From: Entomortierella parvispora E1425
Lineage: Eukaryota > Fungi > Mortierellomycota
NCBI GenBank assembly: GCA_020891255.1
Contig: BQFW01000001.1
Location: forward strand, 1-64,000
Direction: 5' to 3'
Length of the DNA stretch: 64,000 bases
Each line of letters begins with the position of its first letter. Positions within the stretch are counted from its first letter, which is position 1. Shown here in pieces: positions 34,601 through 47,700 of the stretch. A program made the position numbers and the translations under genes. The notes under the pieces were generated by a model. It worked only from the letters and a program-made list of their open reading frames with translations. It searched no databases and was not told the DNA's origin.

Positions 34601-36674
34601 GTGGGCTATTCACTATGTCCCTTTCTTTTTTGTTCCCCGCACCCTCTTTATTCACCACTATTTCCCAGCTTTGTACTTTTCTATTCTTCTGGCCAGCTCT
34701 GTCATTACGGGTCTCCTTGGATTCACGCCAAGAAAGGCTCGTTTTGGATTCCTGATTGGATTCACAGCAGTTTCTTTGGTGACATTCTTGCAGATCAATC
34801 CTTTGAGCTATGGATCGGCCCTTACACAGGAGCACTGTGATTCTCTAAACGGATGGACCCGTGGCGGCCTGGACAAGCATCTGTTCAAGAGCAGGATTCA
34901 GCTTGATTGCTCTTCTTCCCTGAGGGTCGATATTGATGAGCCTCCGCTGTGGGAATTGAAAAATCAAGCTAGGATGGAAAGAGCGACAAAAATTGCCCAA
35001 GCGCGCGCTGCCGAAACCGCGGCTGCAGCATTGGCTCGAGAAAAGATTGCCGCTGCCGCTGCTGCTGCCGCCGATGGTGGGCAGCTAGAGCCTCCGACCC
35101 ATTCCACCAGTGTGGGTGCCACTGAGGAAGCGACTCCATTGCCTCGTGATTTCTTGACTGCGACTGCAGCCGGGCCTGGCGTTCATAAACTCGATATTGA
35201 CCAAGAGATCCCAAAGTCTGCCAGTTTGTCAGGAGGACCCAAGGTCCCAAGGGCAGAGCCAAAGATCAAGTTGCCGATCTTGCCCATGCATTTCCCGCTA
35301 GCGTCCCAGGCACTGCCCATGCAGAACATCTTCTTGACCCCATATCAGACACCGCCCCAGCTGTGGGATCTTGATCAGCAAGTGCAAGCGCTGGAAGGCG
35401 GTCAGCCCAACCCTTATCAGCGGCAACAACTCCAACGCTTGATTCAGCAGCGACTTCAGCAGAAGCAGCAGAGGGAGCAGCAAGAACGGCAAGTACAGGA
35501 GCAATTGCAACAGCTACAACAATTGCAGCAACAGCAACAGCAGCAGTCAGAGCAACCTCAAGAACAACCTCAAGAACAACCTCAACAACAGCAACAGCAG
35601 CAACAAGAACAACAGTCGCAACAACAACAAGACCAGTTGTCAGATGATGTCGATGAAGAGCTTGTGTTCAGCAGAGAGGACAGCGAACAAGAGTTGGAGA
35701 AACTTTTAGATCAGTACCATGCCCGAGCTGCGAAAGAACAGGCGAAATCGGCGAAGATTGCTCGAGAACAGAAGCGAGGGAAGAACCAGGAGGCCCGTCG
35801 TGAATCTGCTCCTTCTGAAGGCGAAAACGTCAACACCCAAGGACTGATTCATCCCAAGAATTACGAAGAAACTCCTTTTACAGAGAAACTACCCAAGATG
35901 ATGGAGGCTGCGGCAAAATTAGCTGACTCTGACCTTGCCCAGAAGCGAGAAAGCCCTCCTAAGGATGAATTAGAAGAGCTCTACCAAGAAAGATTGAAAG
36001 AGCTAGAACTTGACGCCGAACGGGCTTCTGCTTCTTACCTGCAAAAGGTCCGGTCCTTCAGGGACGGCAAGAAATCCATGGGCGTAGATGAGAAGCTATG
36101 GTTGGAGGAGGAGGAAAGGAAGTGGCTCGAAGAGTCCAACGTACGAGCTCAAAAGCTTTTTGATGCTAGATATGAGCCTCTTGATAGGACGGAGCAGCGA
36201 AAGAAGGAGGACAGAGAGGGGTACGAAAAACTACAAGAGATAGACCGAATGGTCGAGAGCCCAATGTCAAAGTTCATGGATAGTCTTGGTCCACAATCCG
36301 ATTCTCCTCTAGCTCCTCCCCCTCCAACGCCCGACGAAGCTCAACAGGAACCAATCCCCATGGACCCAAAATCAACTATCGCGGACGATGAGGAGCGAGC
36401 TGCCTATCATGACGGCGAGCCTGTGGGAGAGTACGTTGATGGCAACAATAGCGAGTATGAAGAAGGGGAGCATGATGACGACGACGACGACGACGACGAC
36501 GATGATGATGATGGTGATGGTGATCGACCACCCCCTATTTCCGTCAAGAACGCAGAGGAGCTCGCGTCTGTCCTTGACAAACTGGCAGCGGAAGGCGTGC
36601 GCGCTGAGGTGGTGCGAGGCACGGCTACGCGCTATGTCGAACCGCCCGAGGCGACTCCAGAGCTAGAGGAGTAG
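31625..36674 (+). CDS. Dolichyl-phosphate-mannose protein O-mannosyltransferase (PMT family) with long C-terminal extension
   Basis: Multi-exon gene. Spliced PDEVVLDEAQ..FMFDVHPPLGKLI, NNRLILLDAPLMFF and SVKLVG. Three MIR repeats (YGSVVQL..YLHS; NGDYLRLRHVPTRRCLHSHD; TSFRLRHIELGCYL). SKPLLWPL, PNPVIWW and HYVPFF..LFIHHYFPALYF. The last exon is 34555-36674. Confidence 0.9.
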
Positions 36675-36762
36675 GAGCATGTAAAACAGCATGGTCATTG
36701 TTGGTTGGGGTTGATCTACAAATAAAACATATCCCTACTTCCCACTTTATTTCCTGTCGTCT

Positions 36763-39413
36763 TTAAACATGGCCCATCACGATACTGAACTTGAGTGCCG
36801 GTGGCAAACTCGCATGATGGTGGTGCTGCTGACCAAGCTCAATCTCAAACCCAGCCTCGCAGCTGCATCCCTGACAGTCATTATAGAATCCTGTCTTTGC
36901 CTCCGCCGCCTGTCCCTCTCCGAGATCCGACAATCGCTTCTTGATGGCGGCCCAAGGGCCTGTTCGTAAGCCCACTCCCGAGAATGGGCGATGGAAAAAT
37001 GATCGACTGTCCATGTCCTGTGGGGCGACCATGCCCTTTCCCGCGATCTGTTTTCCTTTTCTTGAACAAGAGTCTGGAGGGCTTGCTTGGGCTAATCCTG
37101 TGCACATGGTTTGAATCCTCTCTTCGTGGACACTCGCGGGCGCCTTTGGACCTCGTAACAGCATACTCTGGTAGAGGCTCGCGGAGCGCCATCCCTTTGA
37201 TGGTTGAAAAAAAAAAATTGAGCAGGGACAAAAAAAAAAAAAAAAAAAAAAGAAAAAAAATTGCAAGCGATGGATGTGCAACATACCCAACTTTGAAGCA
37301 CCGAGAATTCACCAGGGCTGCTTTGGAATTGCCTGATGAGGTGATCGGGTTCTCCGGGCGTGGCAAAGATCTTGAACCAGGTGCTGGTCTTTTCTCGCTT
37401 GTCCACATAGTTACTAAAGGACTGCTCCAGGGTGGTTGGCATCGACAGGATCCCATCAAGACTTGGCAAATCCTCGCTCTCAGGGCTGCGGTTCCCATCG
37501 TAATCGGGTTGAACCGATGTTGGAAAAATGGCTGTCATGCGAGTCTTTGGACTGGGGATGGATGACTTGGAATGGCGGTGGAGATGCACGCCCAGTTGAG
37601 GACCGCTCTGGCCATTGTCGATCTTTTGGATGTACACATTCCAGAGAGAGCTATCACGAAAGTGAACCAAAAATAAGTTGTGAGATTTGGTCGTGTGCCA
37701 AGCGCCATCAAAACCAATTGCACGTTCTTACCCTGCATAGAAGAATTCTCTGGAGGAGATCCGTACATTCGCCTCCAACAGTCTGATGTCGTGAAACGAA
37801 ACGCTGAATCGAAATGGTGCGAACCTGGAACGAGGCTGAGCCGACAAAGGGGTCTCGGCATCGGTACGCATGGAGTTTTCTGCAGACGACGTTGGTTGCT
37901 GGACCTCCCGTTCTGTAGACGGGCTCTCATAAGGCTCGGTCGATCGTGGGTCCCCCGGAGCTAGAAGCTGGTCGCCATCATAAGTCCCATCTTGAACTGG
38001 AATGGGGTCGTACCTCCTTTGTCTTGAATCGGGTATTTGCGGCCAGTTAGAAACAATGTTGCTCAAGAGAGAGTCGGTGGTTCCAGAGGTCTCGATCAAG
38101 GTCCTGAGCTCTGTTTGTTGCCACAATGCCTCGTGAATGATTTCAGATGGAGTGAACGGGTGCCCGGTCAACGGATCGCTATCTTTCATGATCGCTTGAA
38201 GTTGTTCGAAGCTCATATGGACATAGACAATGCACCTAGAGAAGAGTCTACGATAAACAGTTTCGGAAGGAGCGTATTCCTTTGACGCATTGATGTCCCA
38301 GGAGAAACTAGATCTGGGACTGACTCCGATGTTGCGTCCATCTTCTTGGTCGAATGTAGGCGTGGACGAGAATGGTGGCAATGAATCGGCAACCTCGCTC
38401 GTGCCGTCCTGGTGCTGTTTTTGTTCCTGAAGCTGCAGGCGCCAGATCCTTCTGCGCCTGTGCACCACCCCTCGACAAAATGTGTAACGGTCCCATTCAC
38501 TTGGGACCCAGAACGCATCGGAACCAACGACCCTGGTCAGCCATTCCTCCGGCAATCGCTCAAAGACTTGCAGACACTTCATTTTCGGGTCCTCAAAGCC
38601 ATTTCGACACAGAAAAGAATGGCACGCGTCTGCAATCCGAGTTGACCAAGGGTTATAGCAGTTCATGTCACCGAACTGCACGTATTCTATAATACGATCA
38701 GTGGACAGGGTTCGGATGGCAAACTTTGAGCATTGGTCGCAAAGGGCCTCTATTCCCAAGTACGCTGCCGCTGCCAGCACTGCAAGAACGTTTTTTTTCG
38801 TGAGACGGGCTGATTTGATGTTTTGAGGACCAAGAGAGAGCTGAAAGTTCATACTGTTGTCATCCTTAAGATGACGAACTGGATGATTCAGGTAAGGTCC
38901 CTCATCTTCGACTGTCCAAATTCCGTATAGTCGTCCAACGGCCACCTCAAACCCTTCTTGTGTGATGTGGTCGTCATCAAACTGCATCAGGACAGCAGAG
39001 GTGCGTTGTTCTTGCCAGGGCCCTTGCATCAAATACTCAAAGAACTTTGCCTGCATCAAGATCAGTCTGTGCAATCGATATTCTCTATTAAAGGCGCGGA
39101 CTGTGATGTCAGACCCTACACCATGAAAAAGCCCCTGGATGGCAATATGGGCGGAGAGACTCGCAAGATGGCCAAGGATGGGGACCGGGATTGCGAGTAT
39201 GCCTTCTGTAGAGTCGGTGCCTGCTTTATCCGGTCGAGTGTGAAGCGAAGCCCAGTCCGTGCTGTTCAGTCGATCATCACCGCCAGCATTTCCACAATTC
39301 AACAAGGACGACATTGGCAACAGTGGCAGATGAGAAAGTTGATGGAACAAAAGAGATCCTGGTAGAGACGACGGGGCGGGGGTCGTGGGAGATGGAGATG
39401 GCTGATTGTCCAT
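36763..39413 (-). CDS. BTB/POZ-domain protein (germ-cell-less-like fungal family)
   Basis: Exon 1 has SDITVRAFNREYRLHRLILMQAKFFEYLMQGPW and VLAVLAAAAYLG..LC (BTB). It splices at ~37732 into SLWNVYIQK..YVDKREKTSTWFKIF, and at ~37285 into WGWRSASLY..LKFSIVMGHV*. Confidence 0.85.
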
Positions 39414-42234
39414 TACTCAGGGACAGGGGGGTGATTGATGAAGAGGATAAGAGAAAAAAAAAAGAGGAAGAGATTGTTCTCCCTGGCATTAATTAGAGGG
39501 AAAAGGGGGGCCGAGGCGACTCTTGAGTGGAGAAGAGGACGCACGGTTGCACAACAAGTCAGCATTGACCAGCGGCCTCGTGGAGGTGGACCTCATTGCC
39601 CAGTCCAGTCCTGCCAGGAACAGGGCAGGATAAAAAAAGAATAATGGGTGACTTCAAACAAGTGACCCCCCCCTAGGTCTGGACGTTGAAGAGACGATGT
39701 CAACGGCGAGCGGCGTTTTTTTATTTTCAAGTCAAACGGAAGCCGTGCGAGCATGTCAACAAATGTGGGAGAGTTGAGATGATTTGAGTTGAGTTGGTAG
39801 GAGCTCTTCAACCTCGTTCTGTGTTGCCGATCGACGAGTACATGTAGGAGCAGTGTTGAAGTTGAGCCAAGGGTTGTAGGATCAGCCGTTGACCCATGCC
39901 TAAAGTGAGCCACGGCAGTCTAGTCCCGCCGTGCATTCTTACATTGCGCCCACCGACACGCCTCTCCCCTCCCTGCACCAGCAGCAAAGAGAGAGAAGAA
40001 AGAGGATTGAGACTCCAACAAATTTTGCGTTTACCCCACAACTTGTCAGAACTCTGTTTTTGTTCTAATTTGTTTGTCCATCATCTCATCTCGTCTAGTC
40101 TCCTCTCGCCAAAAGTGCTCTGCCAGCTCGCTCTTCTGCTGATCTAGAAAACAATGGTGCGTTGCTTCCCCTGCGCCCTCTTTGCAGATTCCCCAGGGAT
40201 AGAGACCCTTGGGCATTCGCTATAGATCAAACACATGTACACTTGGACACAATTCTCCACATGGGTGATCATGAAAAAGCGTCCGTGGGTGAGAGCTCAA
40301 CAGAAGACGGGCGGTTGGTCGAGGCAAGGTTCACTGTGATTGGGCGCCACCCACAAAGAAAGGGCACGCTCGCTGCCCTGAAGGCGGAAAGGCGGATAGT
40401 CTGTTAAAAAGCACTTCTGTTGAGTCGAAGCTGCCACCCAACGGAAATTATTATTATTGATTTGTATACAAGAAGAGCAAAGAGCTAGCTGGTCCGTGGC
40501 GGTACAGGTCATGGAGGAAAACAAGATGAAAGGACTCCTTCGCTCCCTTTCTCTCGCTCTCTCTCTCTTTGAGCCAGTTTGACAAACATCAAGGTGACCA
40601 GATGGGCTCAGCAGGGAACCCAATTGTTTTTTCTCTGTTGTTTGTGTTGGTTTTCTTTTTCATTTGTGTTGCGACAGCGCAACCTTGTGTGTGTCGTGTT
40701 TCGTTTGTCCTTTACTTTGATTTATGGGGGTGGAGAGGAATAGGAACAGGGCCGCAGACCAACAAACACAAAAAAAAAAAAAAAAAAAGAGTTCAGGCCT
40801 CCTTGGGTTGGGTCCCTTTGTCTCTTTGTACTAGGGTTGAGTTCGTTTTGTCCTCGACTACAATAGCGCCAAGTCGATCGTCGCGATGTCATGGCCATGT
40901 CATCGAGGGTTGGTTAGGGTAGTGCAAAATAGATGTGCAAGATGGCACGACTGTTGTGCTCGAGTGCCACCCGGATGGATGCCTTGCACAGTCAAGACTG
41001 TCAAGACTGTCAAAACTGACAGAAAGCCAGACAGCCGTGACAAGCAGGCAAGCAGGGGGACAAAAAAGACGGAACAGGACGACAAACAAACAGACGAGAC
41101 AACAAGACAGGACAAACAGCAGACGCAGACAATAGTCATCATCATCGTAATAATATTTTCCGGGGGAGCGTCCAAAAGGCCGGGAACTCATTGGATCGGT
41201 GCAAAAAGAGCAAACAAGAACGGGCTGTCCTTTTTTGGCGGACAAACAAGGGCCAGAATCAAAGGCGAGACGAGGCGTGAATGGACCGGCCAACGGCCAG
41301 CCAGTCAAGTCAAGGCAAGGCAAGGCAATCAAGGCAAGAGAGAAGGAAAAAAAGGACCAAAAACTCCGCTTGGTCAATCGTCGGTCAGCGCGGGTCACCC
41401 ACTCAGATCGACTCACGCATCCGAGTCAAGTCGGCGCTGTGTCAACCAGGCGTGGAGAAGAAGGACGAGAACGAAATGAACTCACTCGAGACAGCAAGAC
41501 AGCAAGACCGCGCAGGAGAAGGCGAGGAAGGGTGGTGTTGGACAGCGGGGTGGGCGCCCTGGCGGCTGATTGGGCTGGATCCAAGGTACCCCCACCCCAA
41601 AGAGCAAAGAGGGTCTGCGTCCGTGGACAGGGTTGCGTTGGCACAGTATTCTCTAATATGAAGAGGATCCAGGGCCAGCGCAAGGTTGCTTGTCGTGAGG
41701 GAGGGAAGATCGCCATTGTCTCTTTGTTCAGGATTGTCTGCACCCGTATGTATGCGTGGATGGATGGAAGATGGGTGTGTCGTGGAGAGAGAGAGAAAAG
41801 GAGAGAGAGGAGAAAGGGCAGACTGAAGAACGACCCAAAGAACACACCATAGAGACAGGGGACACAACACGGCATTGCGTTGCGTTGCCCATGAGGCATG
41901 TCGATTCATCCATCGGATCTTGTTCTTTCCTTCTTTCCTTCTTTCTTTCTTTTGTTCCTCTTCCTCTTTCCTTCTTCTCTCTCTCTTTCTCTTTCACTCT
42001 TGCTCCTTGTCCCCTTTACATTCATTCTTCTTTTGTTCCTTGTCCCTTCTTCTCCTTCCCTTCTCCGCTCGATCGCATTTCTCCTTCCCCACCTTCATTC
42101 TTGGACCCCATTCGCCGCTCTCAATCCCATTCGTATTCTCTCTCCTCTCTCTCTCCCCTCCCTCATTCGCTCCCTGCTCCCTGCTCTCATTCTCTCTTAC
42201 AACGTCCTGCTAGGTAACGGCTTTTCTTCTCTTC

Positions 42235-42284
42235 TCCACCTCCACCTCCACCTCCACCTCCACCTCCACCTCCACCTCCACCTC
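42235..42284 (+). repeat. (CACCTC)n microsatellite, ~8 copies
   Basis: Direct inspection of the sequence. Confidence 0.9.
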
Positions 42285-44762
42285 CCCGGCTTCTCTCGTC
42301 TCTCCTCCTACTTTGCACCCGTCTTTGGGTCCCTCACTCTCAAACAGTGCAAGCCATGCTATCAGCACCGCTGGCCCAGCATGTCTTCAAGCGCACTCGA
42401 CCGGCGCTTGTCGATCTTTTCGTCCGCAAAGTCCTTCTCGTCACCTCGCGACCCACCTTCACGTTGGGCAAGGCCTAGGTCGATCCCCTCTTGATCAATC
42501 AGACGAGCCTCTGCCCTTTTTCTACTGCTTTTTCTCCTGCCCTCCTTCCTCCTGCTTTTCTTTTACTCTTTCCCCCCTCTCTTCCTTTCTCCACGCGGCG
42601 ATCAGCTTGACTCTTGACTCTGTGAGCCAAAATGGCGACCCGAGAGAAACCCTTCCGTCTTCCCAAAGCTCGATCGCCCGGGCCTCTGGGTCGGGATATG
42701 GCCGATCCAACTACCTACGTTCGTATATCCAAACGCTGACCCTTTTCTGCCTTGTCTGCTTTTAGTCCCGTCTCCCGTTGACAATATCCTCTTTCCTCTG
42801 TCCTCCTGTAAATACTTGGTAAGACCCTTTCATTCTGTGTGCAACACCTCACCACAGGTTGTCCACCCGCAGTCTGTGTGGTTTGTCTTTCCTCCCCTCC
42901 CCTGGTCTCCCGTGTCAACCGCCAGTGGGGATATGTTCCCTCCGGGACTGAAATAGGATGCTCGGTGATACGTCCCCTCTTCTTCCCATGTCTTCACGAC
43001 CCCCTCCCCTTGGCAATTGAAGATCGAGGAGACTGGCAGGGCCAGAATGGCCTTCGGCAGACCCTATTGTATAACCCCCTTATTATTGTGCTCCTTTATT
43101 TTTACCCTTTTTTACCCTCTTTTTCCTACCGTGTTGGCAGCCACTTGGTTTTCTTTGCAATTGAGGCGCCTCCGTGTTTTCTTGCTCGGGAAGAGTGTTG
43201 TTTATTGTTCAAGGTCCTCGAGAGTTCATTGAAAAGAGGATGAGAATGTGAGGCTCTTTCTTTACCAAGAGCCAGCGTGAGGGTGTGCGTGCACTGTTTG
43301 CTATTTCTTTGAGCTGTTGGGGTAGACCACTTGCTCCCTTGCCCTTGTACATTTCATTGTTGTTTTTTTTTGCTCTGTTGAATGAAGAGTGAACACAGAG
43401 TGGGGGCAAAGAGAACAAACCAAAGCAGGCAAGGTGTCAGCCATCTATTCAATAGGGATGGGTCCCTTCTTACGCCTAAGCAAAACAAGTACAAGGCTTC
43501 GTACTTTCTTCGCGACCAAGTCGACCCACCTTTGTCCAGTCAGCCTACTGGCTGCGAGGTTTTGTGTCTTCATTGTGGAGGGTCGCACAGCATCAATCCA
43601 AAAAAATGAACAAAAGTCAGGGTGTGAGCTCAATCCTTTTCGACCACTGAAGGCCAGGGGTGATATCTGGGACCTCGTGTGTGCTGGCAGTACGCGTGGC
43701 GCCTCTCCTGGATTGCAAGGGTCGCGCCACGGCCTCGCATCTCTACTCCCTGGTCAATTGCTCCTTTCGATGGGATGTGTAGAGAAAAGAAGAAAGAGAA
43801 TGGTGCATGTTTATGTACGTGTTTGCTTGTCTGCATGTGCATCCACAGAGAGCCAAGGGTGGACGGAGGCTCGATGGGTGTGCACTGCGTGCATGGGCGT
43901 TGTTTTTTGTTTGCTGTTTGTTGTCGCACATCGACTCGGAAACCTCCTTTTTTTCCCTTCTTCTTTTCTATCATCATCCCATCTTATCCCCATCCGCACA
44001 TACGCTCGTGCACGCACATCCCAAGGGCACAAAAAACAACGCAGACAGCCATCGACATTTTGGTCGAGACAAGGACGCCAAAAAGGGTCCGTCCGCCGTT
44101 TCTCTTTTCCTTCCTGCTTGCTCCAATTCACCCGTTCTCTTTTTTTCCTCTCTGCCCCTCCTTCAATCTCTCCTTCCCTCTTTTTCTTTTCTTTTTCTTT
44201 TGTTTTCGCCAATCCTTCGTCAAGCCCCTCCTCTTGTTTTCTTCTTCCTCCTCCTCCTCCTCTTCCTTTGCTGCTTCTCTTGCAAGGCTCACCGCTCAAT
44301 TGCCCTGGAACAATCGTACCGTATCTCTGTTCCGCTGTCGTTCGTCTCTCTCCTGATCGTCATCGTCCAAATCATCATCATCACCTCGCTTTGTCCTGTG
44401 TGTGCGCTCCATTTTCTTTTTCAGTTCGTTGTTCTTTGGGCACGTTGTTGACCCTCTACACTCCTTTTCCTTCACCTCCTTCACCGCTGTCAGCTCACGC
44501 GTTTTGTGAGCTTGCGGCCGTTTTGTCGCTTTTCACCTCGCGCTGGTCCTAAACACAAGACATTTGTTACGCCAGCATCTAACCCATGCTACCCTTCGTC
44601 TCTACCTCTATTTATCTGATCCTCGCGAACCCCTTAGCTTTTTCCTCACAGCGCAAAAGCGTCCGTCTGTGACCTTCTGTCGAGCGAACTGCCTCGTTGA
44701 CTTTTTTTGGCCTCGTTCCTCTCACAACACCCGTTCGACATTCGAGGACGTTCACTTAACCC

Positions 44763-47700
44763 ATGGCCGATATTCATGCACGACCACTGACGCTGGAGCA
44801 ACAGATGCTTCCTTCCCACCCACCGGCTCAGATGCATCATCCACACGCCCTGAACCAACTCCAACGACCCGCGTCGACTGCGACAGAGCAGGACGGGTTA
44901 TTTGCTGGCTCGATGGATACTGGCGCGGGGCTGTCTCAAGATTGGACCCAGCCTTCGGCTGACTACAACGGACTGACATCCCTTGGCTTTGATGGAATGT
45001 TCCAGTTCAGTGGCCAGAATGACTCCTTTCAAATCGACCATACCGAGTTTGCCTCCACCGACTTTGGATTCCCTCCCGGTATGTCCGCACCCATGTCCTC
45101 CATCTTTGATGTGGCCTCTGGCGGCTCTATGGGCGTCGCCAATGGACTAGACAACACCGGAGGAAGTGCTGGGCTGATGGAGGGCAATGGATTTCATGGA
45201 AACAGTAGCAACGGGGGCAGTAGCAGTGCCCAGAGCCTCACCCTCGATCAAATTGAAGGCACCAGCAGCCAGTTAAGTCAGACCTTTGGCACACAGAGCC
45301 TTGGCAGCAGCAACGGCCATGGTAATGGCCACTCTTCTGGAGCTAGCACCGACAGTAACAATGATTCGACCATGGCCGTATCCACGCCTGAGCCCAGCGA
45401 TGTGAACCTTTCCATGGCTATGAAGCCGCAGTTTTTGAACAATCACCTCAAGAGCTCGGCTCCAGCCTTGACCCCCGGCTCATTGCAGCAACACCAGATC
45501 CAAGGCTTGCCTCAACAGAACTTCCAGCAATCGCAGCAATCATTCAATCAGACCTCAATGGACATGCAAGCCGAGGTTGGGACGTTCACAACATCTGCAT
45601 CCCAGCAAGAGCGTGGACCCTCCATGATGTTTCGGCCCCAGCAGGATGAGCACTCGTTTCCGCAACATCAACAGCAACAGCAACAACAGCAGCAGCACCA
45701 TCAGCACCAGGGTCAGCAGCAACAACAGACTTCTTTTCCATTTCAATCCAACGACAGTGCATCACACTTTCACAATGCGTTCTCGAAGGTCCAGTCAGGA
45801 CAGCATCAAGCAGTAGTGGTCCCTCTGGAAGCTGAAGACAACATTGGTCACCAATCTCATGCCTTTGGTCATACTCGCCCGTTGTCCATGAATGGAGCCC
45901 AGACTCAACAACAATTTGAAGAAATGATCTTTCAACAGCAGCATCAGCAACAACATCAGCAACAGCATCTGTCCTCTGATATGAAAGGCCACTTTAGACA
46001 TGCTTCTTCGCCAAACTTGACTGAAATCGTCAAGCAGGAGAATGCTTTGCAGCTTCGTAACCGAGGACATAAGCAGCAGATGCAACAGCAGAACCAGCAA
46101 GAGTCATTGCAGCAGCTCAAGCAACAGCCCCCGCTCCAAAGACAGCCACTGTCCAAGCAACAACTGCCTTCCCACCATTCCGGCATTCATCCGTTCTCAG
46201 CGGCTCCCAGCGCAAGCGGTAAACCTTCACTGGCACCCACCCCAAGAACCATTACCAAGCGCCCCAGTGATCTCCATGTTGATATCTCTGGCCGAACAAG
46301 CGGCTTCCGTCTTAGTGGTGATGTCCGCACAGGAGACTTCCGATTTGGAAATGACGGTCGCGACGCCATGGAAGGCACCTCTGCGCCTCTGTCACCTAGC
46401 TCTAGCGCCATGACGGCTCCTCTCACCCCTGCGTTCTTCTCGCCCGCCTTTGGAGATGCCCTTGGAAGTCCAGGCTCTGTGTTATACCAGAACAGCCCGT
46501 TTATTCTCAACAGCCATGATCGTAATCGGGCCTCGATGCAGACAGACTCGTCTATTGGATCATATATGGATATTCACACCTCTAGCGCCTCATCGCCCTC
46601 CTCACTTGGCTCTCTCAATGAGGTTGGCCAACGGATGTTTGGAGTCTCATCCGACCCAATGCAGACTCCAGTGGATACTGTCACACCCATGGATATCAAC
46701 TTCAACGATATCGCCACGGACCTTGGATACCTGGACACATCCGACGCTCTGCCAACATCGGCTGGTCTCTCGTCTTCTCGCGACTCCTTCTGCCACTCAC
46801 CTGATCACGTCGACCCTCATAATGTAGAGGTGAACCCAAGCTACTTTTCTACTTCATACGAGGACGATCAACAAGTCAAAATGGAGGTCATGTCAGGTCC
46901 TGGCATTGACCTTGATCTGGTCTTGGAAGCCACTCAGAACACATATTTGTCCGAGTCGCTCCCAGATGGGCAACAAACACCGTCCGAGAGCGTCACAGGC
47001 AGTACACCTCCCCGAGCCAAGGCAACGAGGAAGCGGCGGTCTAATGGCGGTCCCTCTGGATCACCCTCTGCCTCGTCCACGTCCAGCGGCAGCAGCCCAC
47101 CTCGTCAGGTCCGTAGCCGTACCATCTCGACTACGTCGTCGCTCGTGGACGAAAAGGATGAATATCTTGACTCTCCGAGAGCGAATGGATTTGGTGCAAC
47201 GATGAGACCCATCATGCTGACACAAGATGCGATGCCCCCATCGGCTAAGGCTATGAGGTACGCTGAATTTGGTTGCCTTCAACTATGCTTTGTATAACCT
47301 TCAACTTTTGCTAACATTGCAACCTTGGAACTATTAACCCACATCTTCCTAGAACCAACATCAAACGCTTTTTGACTGCCAAGACACCCACCATGGGAGG
47401 AGAGAAATCCGTCCTGATTCTCACCTCCAAAGTCGCACAGAAATCATATGGAACGGAGAAGCGATTTCTGTGCCCACCACCGACAACAATGCTTCTTGGT
47501 AGTAACTGGTGGTCTTCACCTGGACCTGGAACCCCCTCAGAAGAAGATGAAGGCGGTGTTGCCTCTCCCACGCCTCCAAAAATGGTCATTTCCATTTGCG
47601 GCGAGGCTGGCAGTCAGCAGGGTGTCCTTGACTGGACCACGACCAAAGATGACTCTGTGGCGCTCCCTATTATTACAGGGAAGTGCGTTTCCAAGCAGTT

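Noticed and set aside
37092-37670. ORF as an independent gene
   Set aside because: It is the middle exon of the BTB gene, joined by GT-AG introns on both sides.
39435-44552. Numerous 100-390 aa ORFs between the BTB and CSL genes
   Set aside because: They show low-complexity CT/AG-derived composition, non-ATG starts, mutual overlap and no domain motifs, consistent with promoter/UTR sequence.
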